Assembly (NCBI GenBank): GCA_051294375.1
Contig: CM119265.1
Coordinates: 12,013,497 to 12,077,496 of the forward strand
Source of the DNA: Paraspadella gotoi
Taxonomy: Eukaryota > Animalia > Chaetognatha
Direction of reading: 5' to 3'
DNA: 64,000 bases
Positions 27,154-40,800 of the stretch are shown here, piece after piece (the first letter of the stretch is position 1; each line of letters begins with the position of its first letter). The notes beneath the pieces were generated by a model. The model had not been told where the DNA came from. It did not search any database and worked only from the letters and a program-made list of their open reading frames with translations. Both the position numbers and the translations under genes were made by a program.

Positions 27154-27513
27154 TTCGACGAATCATTTGAGGGGAAAATTGGGCGACTGGAATAACTAAA
27201 GAGGAAACGGGTGGGAAATAGTTTAAAACAGAAACAAAATAAAACAAAATACAATGTAATCTAGTAGATGAAAAAATTGGATGGCAGTATTAACAAAAAT
27301 TTTGGACGGTTAGTGTGAGAAAGGACGGGTGAAAAAAAAGTTTCGTAACTGGAATGTATCACAGGTGACGCTGTTGCTCGCGCTCGGAATCGTTGAGTGA
27401 AACACGACTGTGTCGACTTTAGTTGGCCGAGTGAGTTTACACAGTGTTCATTAGATACGCCAACGTTTTGCGGTGAAGCAAAAGACCTGCCCAGAGTCAT
27501 AACAATTTTTTAA

Positions 27514-28040
27514 TCATTTTCCTTTCTCTTTAAAATATTCGCGCAATTTCTCCAACGCCTCGACGCAGACGGAGGGATACATGGTGTCGGTGTAGGTCCC
27601 CACGATTACCAACGTGTCCGTCCGAACCAAGATGAGGCCGTGGTTGTCGTGCTTGCCGTAGATGGCGTGCCTGTCTGCCCTGAAAAGCGGGGATGAGGGT
27701 TATCGAGTCAAAGGAAAGAGACTCGACATAATCCGAGCCAAACTTACCTAACGCACATGAAGGTTCGTCCCCGGAAGTGGAATCCATCGTTTCTCAGCAG
27801 CGCCGTGTTTTTGAAGGCATCGACGAGTCTACGACAAGAATCGGGATCAAGGTCGAATCCCGCTGTGCAAGCTGAGGAGAGGACAGGAGAAGTTGAGGAT
27901 GAGAGGAAATACCTTGTCAATAGAAAACGTATGAGGTTCTGACCGGCGAGATGATGATCCTTTCTTCGGATTATCGCCGCGTTAGAGACGTTTTCCGTTC
28001 CGATGAGAGCATCGTGAAGGAGATGCTTGAGCACGTTCAT
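27514..28040 (-). CDS. PFN4: Profilin-4-like protein, 3 exons
   Basis: MNVLKHLLHDALIGTENVSNAAII..GFHFRGRTFMCVR|ADRHAIYGK..VGTYTDTMYPSVCVEALEKLREYFKEKGK*; the MYPSxCVEA motif is typical of the profilin-4 clade. Confidence 0.9.
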
Positions 28041-28837
28041 CCTCTGAATAATACTTTTTTTTCTACTTCTTTTATTATCGCAGTTTTTTTTTCATAAATA
28101 CTTCCTCGATGATGTCTATCCCTGAGAGATTTCTGCAAAATACAAATTAACAAATTAGCGATGCGACTCACTCTTGATTACAATTCCATGTGAATCAATT
28201 TATGCAGCAAGTATATTACAAAGTTGTTTTTTTTTATGGAGACGGCATCATAAAAAAGGATTGATGATAAGATATATACAATTAATATATATCAGTAAGA
28301 AATACATTCTAGCAAAAATTTAATTTTAAACTTCAGATGACCGAAATAATACAACATAAAATTGAACATTTGATTTAATCCATTTTTATGGTCGCCCCCA
28401 GATATTAAACGCGGGAAAGTGCCGAAATCGAAAATGGTAGCGATGCGAACATCTCCGGTTTTACCAAAAGAAAAAAAGAATAAAGTGGGCAATAAAAACT
28501 GGAGGATGCCACGTTCAAATGAATAAGCGAAAACTGTCATTCAGATGGTCCGGTCGTGGACCCTCTTTTTATTTTAGCACAATCATTAATTGATCACGAT
28601 GATAAAACGTTATCTTCCGGAACAAGGTGGTGGGTTAAAAAAAATAACGGAACGGAATGTCAACGAAACAGGTATGTGGGGTTTTTGTTTGTATTTTATT
28701 TCCTTGTGTAACAGTTCATATCGATAAGAATGCATTTGAAAACAATGCAATGGAAGAGACAAAACAAAGAAAGAAAAAAGAAAAAGAGAGAGAATGGGTT
28801 GGGTGAAGGTGTGAAGGAATTAATCAAAGCGGAGAGA

Positions 28838-31800
28838 TCAATTTTCATCGTCGCTTTTGTCGCCATTTCGGTGAGGAGATTTGCTGATTGAAAGATGGTG
28901 GTGAGGGTAAGGGATTAAAATGAAAATTAAAGCGACCTGGAAAATTCGTCAACTCTTCCACAAACAAACCTTTCGCGCGAATCGGAACGGCCCCGGGATC
29001 TAGATCTCTCGTGGGATTTCGAATTGATTTCATCCCGAGAATTGGACCGATCGCGAGATATGGATCGACGGAAAGCTCTTTCCTTGGAATGGTCACGGGA
29101 TCGCTTGTCGGCCTTTTCCGCGGAATGGGAACGATCCCTCGAGCGTTTGTCCTCTCGCTCGACGGATTTGCGTCGCTCCTCGGTTTTTTCGTCGGAATGG
29201 GAACGCTCCCTTGAATGAGATCGCGGGTCAGCTCGATCGTTAGATGTTGAACGCTCTCGGGATCCAGAAATACGACGTGCTTTTGACTTCTCGGGTTTAG
29301 CCTCTTCTTTAGATCTTTCTTGAGATTGAGAGCGCTCGCGAGATTTGGACTTAGACCTTTGCTGCGACGGACTACGAGATCGGCTCCTGCATAAAAAAAG
29401 TGGGGAAAAAGTTTGAAAAAAGGTTATTCATAACCAATAACCAACCTTCTTTTGGATCTTGAAAAGCTTGAAAAAAGGTTATTCATAACCAATAACCAAC
29501 CTTCTTTTGGATCTGCTCCGGGAACGGCTTCTCGACTTGGACCGTCTTTTCGATCGAGACCGGCTGCGTGAACGCGATCTGCGACCGGGCTTGTCCTCAA
29601 TCAAGCGAATTCGTCTTGAGGGGAAATAATTATAAAAAAATAATTTTCATTCATCTACCCTTCCGGTCCCTTCCTGAATACTGTCCGACCTCCAATAATT
29701 TTTTCACCTCCCGTTGAGCTCCGTGTCATCGAGAATGTCCAATGCTTTCTCCATTCCGTCGCGAGTCACGAACTCTACGAGTCCTTCGTTCATGCGCGAC
29801 TTGTGGGCGTCGGTGAAGGTGACGTCGCCCGCCTTGCGCATGTAGTCCTTCAAGTCTTGCCTGAAGGAATCGAGGATTTGAGTTGCGGTCCAAGAGGGCA
29901 TTTTTTTTAATACGACAACAAACGGCTTATTGTAAACGATTAGTTTTTAAGTAACAAAGTACTTTTTAGATACAAAAAATAAAAATGATTGAGAAGGTGA
30001 GTTTTATTATTTTTTTTTATCCATCAACAAGATTCAGTCGTGGACTGAACCAAAGTCACGGCCCTGGTCAATTTCTTAAATTTCTCAACTTTCAATGCCC
30101 CTTTTTTTTCTAATTAGCTGAAACAAAATTAATTTTTCGTCTTACAAAGTATGAAAAATTGCAAGATTACTTAAAAATATAAGAAGACAAAATATAAAAT
30201 TTTAAAATAAATTTAAAAATTTAATAAATTTCACTATATGTGGATAAGGCGCTGCGTGGGCTGAAGATGACTGTCCGTAACTTCTATAACCCCCTCTATC
30301 AGCCATGGAACAGGTGACTGGGCTTGGAACCAGGCTTGAGCGTTTGCCAGGTCCCCAAGGCGGCTTACGGCCGTCCTCACGCTTCCCGCAGGGTAGATAC
30401 CGGGTTAGGATTGAACCAGGTACCTAGTGGTCATGAGCTGATGGCTTTACTCAATGAGGCACCGGGTCACGACTGAAGGCGTCATGCTTTTTGGCGGGGT
30501 GAACCTATGCAATGCCCGACTACATATATTAGATTTAAGTATATTCTTTATATAGAGAATATTCTTTCATAATGTGACGTAATATACAACACGAAGTTAA
30601 AAGTTATTTTCTGCTCTAGTTTTCTAATTAGATATTAGACATCATTCTTGTAAAGAAGTTATTTATTGAAAATTTCAAAATGTGATTGAATTTATACTAG
30701 TGCCTGAATCTAGATTCAGATTTTCAAAAAACTTTCAAAATATGATCAGAACCATATTTAATGGAAATTAGATACACAGCCGGTAGGTCAAGTATGCTCA
30801 AAAGGTTAGTAATAAAAATCGAGTGACTCGAATATGCAAATGAGATTAATGCGTCATCCTAAGCCTTAGGCTAAGGTTGAATATAAGGTAAAAGAGAGCA
30901 TAAACATTTTAATAATAACTATTTTTTAGAAAAAACAATTAATAAATATGTTTTAACAAATTTTGATAGTTCTGTATAATAAAAAATATTTAAAAAAGCT
31001 AATTAATCTAATAATATTAACATGGATATCGAAATTTTATAAATTTGTATTTTTTTTTTATTTTCATTATAAAATTGGTAAAACAACTTTTTTTAATTTT
31101 AAAAAATTATTTTAAAAAATATTTTTTTTTTAATAAACAATCAATTGGTTCAAGAAAATTACATTATTACAATACAATTGAAACATTCTTTAAAACATTA
31201 TACCATTTCATTGATAAGGAAGCCAGGTACTCTGGGAGTAAATAAACGAGACTGTGAGTAAGGGTAGCCCCACTCAATGGAGTGAATCAAAAATTTAGAA
31301 TGATTATATGCTCAAACAAAAATTTATACATTTTTAAGTATACTTTCAATGGACCAAACATTTCTTATGTGGCTCTATACCTAAATAATTATTTTTTTAA
31401 TATTTATTTATAAATAGCAAAGGCCAAAATTTTTTTTGATAATTTTTAAATTTTAAGACCTGATTCAGATAGCTCATAAAAAGTTGTCTACACAAAGTAT
31501 AATTCTTTTTTAAATATTTTTATGATAAGCGAGTCAAAAATAAGAAAAACCGTAAAAAATCATCATCATCATCATCTTTCGATGATTTTATCAGTTTTTT
31601 TATATTTTTACATAGAAAACGTAAGAATTTTTAAAAGCTGTAATTATATTTCTTATTTAACTTTTAATGCTCTATCAGAATCTATCAAAAAATTTTAAGA
31701 TCTCAAAAAAAAATTTTATAATGTTAAAAAAGACAAGTAATATTTAATGTATTAATCAATACGTATAATATAAATTTTTTTTGAAAATGATTGTTTAAAT

Positions 31801-34800
31801 ATTTAGTCAAGACAACTAAAAATACTTTGCTAATAGTCGAAATTTTATATTATCTCTGAAGTTGGTCCCTACTGTGAGAGAGTCCTAATTGTAAGCTTGC
31901 AGGGACCTGCTATGTCATTATCTTATAGGAGAGATGGAGGCCTTAAACCACCAAAGCCTGTCCATTGGACAGTGTCCACTGTCCAAAGTCAGGAGCAAGA
32001 TAGCTTATTTATTAAATGAATGGATAATTTTTATATTGGTTGTACCAATTTCATAAAATTCATCTCCTTGTATTTTGATTTTTGATGCCGAGTAGAGTAC
32101 AATATAGTATTCCCCGATCTAATACTTAAGGGAGTGGTATTTTCATACAATTGATACATTCTTTGAAACATTATACCACTTTATTGATAGGGAAGCCAGG
32201 TACTTTAGGAGTGAATAAACAAGACTGTGAGAGAGTCTTGATTGAAAGCTTGCAAGAACCTGCTATGTCATTATCCTGTAAGAGTGATGGAGGCCTTAAA
32301 CCACCAAAACCTGTCCAAAGTCAGGGGCAAGATAGCTTATTTATTAAATGAATGGTTAATTTTTATATTGGTTGTACCAATTTCATATTATAAACACTTT
32401 TAATAGGGAAAAGTCATTGACTCTTTTTGACAAAAACTAATTTCTTCTTTTTCAATTTTTGTACCAATCGATTTTGTCGTCCGATAACTTTTAAACACTT
32501 GTACCAATCGCTTTATCGTTCAATAAGCTTTATTTTATGTATCTATATCTTTGTAAAATTCAGCCATACAATACGGTTTTTTTCGATGTGAAAAAGTGGT
32601 TTTTTTTTGCGCCGTAGTGTACAAGATAATGACAGAGCAGTTCCTTGCAAGCATTCAATCAAGACTCTTTCACAAACTCGTTTATTCATTCCCACAATAT
32701 AATTTTGACATAATTGTATTTGCAAGTACAAAAAGTATATTTTTTACCAAATATTTTGACTTATTTTTTAAGTTATTATCAGTGGTAAAATATTTAACAA
32801 GAATTAACAGTTTTTTCTGGAAACAAATAAGAAATATAGAGAGAGACTAAGAGAGAGAGAGGGAGAGAGTGTAGAGAAGTTTCCGTCTCTCTACGCCGCT
32901 CGAAGCAATATCAGTTGGTCCAGGAAAGGCTTGGCTAAATACCGCAAACGACAAGGCATCCACTGACTCTATATCATGAGTATAATCTCGAAGACAATGT
33001 AAGAGAAATCATAGAGTAAATCGAAGTGTAATTCTAAAGAAATGCATCAATAATCCGTCATATAATCCAGCAATAATTCGTTAAAGCCAGTGTAAAATGC
33101 CGTAGGAAAATGGTTAAAATACCGAGGGAAAATCGTCCAAGCGAGCGGAATCTATCAACTGAATTCGCGATCCAAAGTCTGACTGAGGTTGACCGGGGGA
33201 GAAGAGGAGAGAGCAAGAGAGAGAAGTCTCTCTCGGTCCACAAACTATCTGGTTCTACTTCACCCCCACCAGTGGTCAATCAAACGGGTCTCAATCAATC
33301 ATAGTTTCCCTCGGTTCTAAAATTTAACATCTAATGACTAGATAAAGGTATGACCAAAAAACTAAAAACACCATGATCTGGTGAAAAACTAAATAAGACC
33401 ATCTTCTTATTTCATTCTTCTTCTTTGTTTCATTTTTGACGCTATGATTCCACATTTCAGGCGTCCATTCCATTTTGTTCCAGTTTCTGAAGTTCCTCCT
33501 GACGGCCCCGGCGATGTTGTTGTTCTTGAATCCCCATCATGCACCGGCTGCTGTCTTCTCTCAGAGTCGCGTCATCACTCGGATTCGTTTCTTAAAAGAA
33601 AGGTTAGAGGGAAACAAAGAGCAGTCTGTTTCCTAATATTTGGTTCTTGTCCGTTCTTTTGTTTAGATTCTTTCGTTCCATTTTGTGATCATAGGGGTGC
33701 CGTAAAACTCAGCAAATCAAAGTCGTAGGTTCTTTAAAAAAAATATTTATGAAGAATAATTTAATTCTTTAAATCCAATTCCTTGAAACGATTTCAATTC
33801 ATCATTCATTTATGGCTTAAATACATCTTACCTCTTGAAGACGCCAACCGTACAAAATTGTATTTATCCAGTCTCGAAATATTCATGCTCAGGTTGCTGT
33901 TGCTGTTAATTCTTTTCAGAGTGGATGACCTCTTCTGTGTCCAAAGTTATTCAGATTCAATCAAGGATCCAATCAACGATATTGATGAAGGAATGTTTTG
34001 GATCAGGGATAATAATTTGATAATTCAATTCAATTCATAATTCAAAGGGGTTCATAATTCATAAGAACAATCAAGGTTTTCATCACAGAAGGGTTTCAAA
34101 TAAAGTCTCCATACCATGGAATTGAAAGATAAATAGAGCTCAAAATGAGCAGGCCCCCCTTGGTTTATGCAAATGAAAGGCCCCAACGATGTAGCCGGGT
34201 CATTGACGCGTCATTGGTTGAGATGACAATCTTATTGAGTTCGTTGTCATTGCATTAGGCAGACTTCCTTGCGGGAAAAGATCAAGTGCAACTTAAATGT
34301 CTCTCTGGCCTGATACGCCTGCCACTTTTGTGGCAGGAGTGACGGACTCCTCTCCCTCCTCATGTAGCCGTCGTTTTGGGCGGCGCTCATTTTGAGCTCT
34401 ATCATAATTCATAATTATTCACTTTAACAGTCACTTATCTATCCCTCACAAAAAATTTATCATTTCACATTTAAAAACTTTCTTTCGTTTCATTACTATC
34501 TATTATTAGATTAATTGTTAAATTCACTATTAGTTTAAACTTATTCCTGGTTGTACATTGCACAATGTATTATTTTGTCTCTCTCTGTTTCTCTCTCTCT
34601 CTCTCCTTCTCTCTCTCTCTGTCTCTCTCTCTTTCACCAATTGACCATTTCACTTCTTTTCACAACTGATCTGTCCTCAACTTAAACTGTACTCATTCTT
34701 TAAACCACTATCTCTGTGTTGGAAACTTTTTGCCCCCTCTCTCTCTCTCTCTCCCTTCTTTTGCACAAATTTATAAATGTTTATTAACGCTAATGAAGGC

Positions 34801-37800
34801 TCGAAAAAAGAGTCGAAACATGTCCGTACAAAAATAAAATCGTTGAAGAACTTATTTTCGAACTTTGCTTAAATCTCAACTCAACGAAACTGAAAGGATT
34901 AATACAAAACATTCATTAAAAAAATATTAGTTTTTAGCTTAAGCCAAGGGTGTTGAAGAGCTAAAATATTTAAATATTTTTTTAAATATTTATAAATTAT
35001 AAATTATTATTTTTTTAAAGATAACTTTCTTTAAGTTTTAAGCTTTAAGTTAATCAATTAATTTAATAATATTTTTTAAAACTGAAAACCCCAAAAACTT
35101 CTATGATCCAAAGCAATTAATTTTAATTTTTAATCACAAAATGTAATTGTTACAAGATAAAATTATTTAAATAATATTCGGATATTACTATAAAAAAATG
35201 TTTACTTTATACTATATAAATATAATTTTATTTAAAAAATAATTTAAAAAATGATATCTGCATATAAATTTTATACGGATAAGAGTAATAGTTTGGTTTA
35301 ACTCTATATACAAATATTTTGTTATTAAATAAAATAATTTTTTTTAATATACATTAATTTAAAAAAAAATAATTAATTGGTTTTTACTTTGTTCATTAAA
35401 TAATTGTTTAACAAAGAAGTTTGTTTTTTCACTAAATTTAAAAACACAAGGAAAAGAAAGTTATGATTTATTAAATATTCATTAAAAATAATTACCTCTT
35501 ATAATCCGATTCATATATTTAAATTAATTCATAAATTCATTTAGAAACTATTTTACTATATAATAATATTGTTAATTGTTAATTAACTTACTTGATTAGC
35601 AAATTATTAACAAATTTAAATTATAAACATTGTGTTGAACTTTTTTATTGCATTTTTAAATTTAGAAAAAAAATTAGTGGTAATAACCTTTCTTTTTTCG
35701 TTGTTATATGTATTGAGGCAAAAGGTTTTAGTTCACAACAAATTTTATTTTTCATAGAAAACGTATATGTTTCGCTTTGGATGCAAGCCTTCTTCAGCGT
35801 CAAATGATTTGTGAAATTTTGGACAGTTTTTTTTGTGTGAAAGAAGAGAGAGAGAGAAAAAAAAATGTTATATTAACAAAAAAATTTAATGAATTTGTTA
35901 ACAATTTTATTTTTATCGTTGTTAACAAATTCATTAAATTTTCTTTGTAATCAACAAAAAAGAAAGGATCAAACCATAAATATGTTAACAAATATTTTTT
36001 TAATAAAAAAGTTTTTTTTAAGTTTAAATTTTTTAGGAAATGTTTGAGTGCCAAAACAACAATTTTTTATTATCAATAGTACATGTTTCGACTCTGCTGG
36101 TTCGAGTCTTCATCAGCTTTGAAAACATTAACAAAAATGCTCTACACATTAAGTTAGAGAGAGAGAGAAAGAGAGAGTGAGAGAGATTGAGGGAGAGTTT
36201 CCAACAAAGGGCTGAGTAAAGGACAGTGGCCAGATGAGAGGACAGGTGAAGGTAAGAACAGAGAAGAAGATAATTTTGAAATGGTGAAAAGTGAAAGAGA
36301 GAGAGAGAGAGAGAAAAATAATTACATTTGACAATGTACAACAAAAATAAATTTAGAAAACTTAGAAATAAGCTGAGATTTTGAATTAACAAAAGTTAAA
36401 TAAGTAATAATGAAAATTGAAATGGAGGAATAGGTTGTGAGGGATAGATAAGTTAATAGTTAAGTGAAATATATAAGAGAAGAAAGAGCTCAAAATGAGC
36501 TGGCCCCCCCCGGGCGGACAAAGGTGGGACGCTGACGATATGATGGGGTCATTGGCTTGTCATAGACTGAGATGATATTCTTGTAGAGTGGGATATCATG
36601 GGGTCAGGTAAAGACCTGGCTGGGAAAATACCAAGCGCCACTCTAATATCTCTTTGGTCTGATAAGCCTGCCGAAGGGCCTCCTCTCACCTGACGGTGAG
36701 GTGGGCGGTTGCCTGTTCTTGCCCGTTTTGGTGCAGGAGATACAGACTCCTCTCCCTCCTCCTGTAGCCGTCGTTTTGGGCGTTCTGGCGTTCAGAGAGT
36801 CACGCCAAGTTGCTATAGGTTCGGGAGAGGTATTGGACGTCCATTGCCTGCCAGGAGGCCTCCGCCTGACCCGTTGAGTTGGGACGGGGAATCACCGTGC
36901 GGTTGGGGTGGCATTGGGTGTTCCACCACCAGTTTGATTAGCGAATCATAGCTTGGAGGGAGATTGAATCATCCTCCATCACGGTTCAAAGAGGGTTCGA
37001 GGGCTTTGATGTAAACAGCCTCTCTAATACCTCTAATCAGCTCATTTTGAGCTCTTTCTTCTCTTATATATTTCACTTAACTATTAACTTATCTATCCCT
37101 CACAACCTACTCCTCCATTTCAATTTTCATTATTACTTATTTAACTTTTGTTAATTCAAAATCTCAGCTTATTTCTAAGTTTTCTAAATTTATCTTTGTT
37201 GTACATTGTCAAATGTAATTATTTCTCTCTCTCTCTCTTTCACTTTTCACCATTTCAAAATTATCTTCTTCTTCTCTGTTCTAACCTTCACCTGTCCTCT
37301 CATCTGACCACTGTCCTTTACTCAGCCCTTTGTTGGAAACTCTCCCTCAATCTCTCTCACTCTCTCACTTTCTCTCTTTCTCTCTCTCTCTCTAACTTAA
37401 TGTGTAGAGCATTATTGTTAATGTTTTCAAAGCTGATGAAGACTCGAACCAGCAGAGTCGAAACATGTACTATTGATAATAAAAAATTGAAAATTTTAAT
37501 AGACACATTTTAATCCGACAATATTTTAAATAAACCAGTCTGGGTGTCATTCTGTTCGTTTTTCCAAGCTCCTTTTAACTAAAAAAGTTTTATTTAAAAA
37601 AAAACTTTTTCGCCCGAGCCAGGGGTGTTAAAGACCCAAAATATGAAATTTAACCTTTTATGAGTATTTTTTAGCTTTTTTCAGTAAATTTTTTAATATA
37701 ATTATCATTAATCCAGTTAATTATTAATGATACTGCTTTTAATTTATCATATTTAACTATTTTTAAAACATTCATTCACAAAAAATATTAGTTTAGGGCT

Positions 37801-40800
37801 TAAGCCAGGGGTAAAATTTTTAAATTGTCTTTAGTATTTTCAAATGATAATTTACTATTTTTTTTAGGATTACATATTTTAATCATGATAATAAAAATAT
37901 TTTACAATTTTAAATGTTTTTTTAAGTTAATTAACATAATTAATTTTTTTATAATTAAAAGCATTAAAAACAATTGTGACCTATTTCTAAAAAGTTTTTT
38001 TTAAAAGATTCATCTTTAAAACAAAGCAATTCATAAAATTTTTTAATCAAATAATAAAATTGTTACAACAAAGATTATTCAAATGATATCCATTATCCAG
38101 ATTTTATGCGATATCGCATAGAAAATATTGTTAATGAACTGAAACTAATGTTCTAGTTATGGCAATTTTACCAAAATTAGGTTAAGGGTTAGTGTTTAGT
38201 TTTAACATTTGAGGTAGTTGTAATTAAGGTTGAATAAGTAAAAGTTAGCATTACGATCAACAAGGTTGTTGTAGTTATACCCAACTGGAAAGTGACAGAT
38301 GGGAAAAGTTTTATCGGTTCAAGGTTCATGCTTGGCCTTGGACGCGAAGCGGAGGTTAGGGCCATGGGAGGGACTTACGTGGGATGCTAGGATAGAAATT
38401 ATTTATATTTTATATGGTGACAATTTTACAAGCGCCGGTAGAAATACGCTGTCATTTGCAAACCAGTGGTTATTTCATTGATTTTAAAAATTATTTGAGT
38501 AGAATATATTAAAGTCATTTATGTGTTCAAATTTTATATTGATCAGTTAAGATATGCCTTGGCAATGAGTGGAGAAAGTTGGCTTGTAAAATCGGGTTTC
38601 ATTTTCTAACTCACTTTTTTAGATTCAATTTTTTTTTCTTACTTTCAGTAAGTGTTCTGAAGAAATTTAAAATAAAATAATATTAATATTATTATCTTCT
38701 GAAAGCCCTTTCAAATTTAAAGAGAATGACATACTTGCAAATACTGTAGTATAAAATTTAACCGGCCCAGCTTTAATTTAATTAGGATACTCAAAAACAA
38801 GACATCTTTTAAAAAATCAATAGCTGGAGGGTAAATTTAAGATTTTTATCAAATTGTGATTGGCTATCTTAAATCTCCTTTTTTCAAGCTCTTTCATGAT
38901 ACTTATATAAATAATAATATATTATGTTATAATAATTAAATCAGGTCATATATTTTAAAAAAAGATTTGAAATTTTAGATAATTAACTTTTGACTCTCTT
39001 AATTGAACTAAGGCTGGGCAGCTTAATTTTTATGTTAAAGCTTTCGTAACTATATCATTCTCTTCATTTTTTTAAGGGCTTTCTGAGGATATTAATATTG
39101 TTAATATCTTAATAAATACTTTGTTTAAAAAAGAGCTAAAAGTTGAAAAAAAAAAAATTAAAAACAGTGAGTTGGAAAATGAAACCCGATTTTACAAGCC
39201 AACTTTCTCCACTCATTGCCAAGGCATATCTTAACTGATCAATATAAAATTTGAACACATAAATGACTTTAATATGTTCTACTCAACTAATTTTTAAAAT
39301 CAATGAAATAACCACTGGTTTGAAAATGACAGCGTACTTCTACCGGCGCTTGTAAAATTTTCACCATGTAATTAGGATTTTCAAATTTAAATTTAAAAAA
39401 AAACATTTATTAAAAAAATATTTGTTAACATATTTATGGTTTGATCCTTTCTTTTTTGTTGATTACAAAGATTACAAAGAAAATTTAATGAATTTGTTAA
39501 CAACGATAAAAATAAAATTGTTAACAAATTCATTAAATTTTTTTGTTAATAAAAATTTTTTTTCTCTCTCTCTCCCTTCTTTCACACAAAAAAAATGTCC
39601 AAAATTTCACAAATCATTTGACGCTGAAGAAGGCTTGCATCCAAAGAAAAAAGAAAGGTTATTACCACTAATTTTTTTTTCTAAATCTAAAAATGCAATA
39701 AAAAAGTTCAACACAATGTTTATAATTTAAACTTGTTAATAATTTGCTAATCAAGTAAGTTAATTAACAATTAACAATATTATTATAGAGTAAAATAGTA
39801 TCTAAATGAATTTATGAATTAATTTAAATATATGAATCGGATTATAAGAGGTAATTATTTTTAATATTTTATAAATCATAACTTTCTTTTCCTTGTGTTT
39901 TTAGATTTAGTGAAAAAAACAAACTTCTTTGTAAAACAATTATTTAATGAAAAAAGTAAAAACCAATTAATTATTTTTTTTTTAAATTATTGTATATTAA
40001 AAAAAATTATTTTATTTAATAATAAAAATATTTGTATATAGAGTTAAACCAAACTATTACTCTTATCCGTATAAAATTTATATGCAGATATCATTTTTTA
40101 AATTATTTTTTAAATAAAATTATATTTATATAGTATAAAGTAAACATTTTTTCATAGTAATATCCGAATATTATTTAAATAATTTTATCTTGTAACAATT
40201 ACATTTTGTGATTAAAAATTAAACTTAATTGCTTTGGATCATAGAAGTTTTTGGGGTTTTCAGTTTTAAAAAATATTATTAAATTAATTGATTAACTTAA
40301 AGCTGTGGTAAGTCGCCTCAAAGCATTTAAAGATATCAAATATTTTCATTACCATGATTAAAATAAGTTATCTTTAAAAAAATAGTAAATTATAATTTAT
40401 AAATATTAAAAAAAATATTTAAATATTTTAGCTATTCAACAGTCAACACCCTTGGCTTAAGCTAAAAACTAATATTTTTTAATGAATGTTTTAAAAACAG
40501 TTAAATAGGATAAATTAAAATCATTATCAGAGGTAATTAACTTGATTAAAGATTATTATATTAAAAAAATTAACTGGAAAAAGCTAAAAAATACTAAAAA
40601 ATGGTGAATTACCATATTTTGACACTTCAACACCCCTGGCTCGGGCGAAAAAGTATTTTTTTTTTAAATAAAACTTTTTTAGTTAAAAAGAGCTTGGAAA
40701 AACGAACAGAATGACACCCAGACTGGTTATCTAATTAAAACTTTGTCGGATTCAAATGTGTCTATTAATTAATATTAAAAACTGCCACAATGGTTACTTT

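Larger units (their letters stand above)
36060..37490 (-). mobile_element. 5'-truncated Penelope-like retroelement with inverted pseudo-LTRs
   Basis: Inverted ~440-bp repeats 36060-36501 and 37038-37490. Minus strand ~37036-36937 translates [33 protein letters not shown], the typical C-terminus of the PLE GIY-YIG endonuclease. Each repeat carries a hammerhead. Confidence 0.9.
34915..40766. repeat. Interleaved long inverted repeats in SR intron 3
   Basis: ~34915-36030 mirrors ~39385-40490; ~37498-37800 mirrors ~40450-40766; ~38424-38615 mirrors ~39168-39366. Confidence 0.85.

Noticed and set aside
30320-30336. Twister-like motif GGUUCCAAGCCC on the minus strand
   Set aside because: I could not build the P1/P2 helices and UAA junction around it.
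32869-34120. Higher-GC stretch that might be a degenerate retroelement gag or nested gene
   Set aside because: Multiple stops and no recognisable motif or clear termini; left unannotated.
36033-37513. Duplicated ~120-aa hydrophobic ORFs (36033-36392 and 37148-37513)
   Set aside because: Arise from the CT-rich inverted pLTRs; no coding signature.
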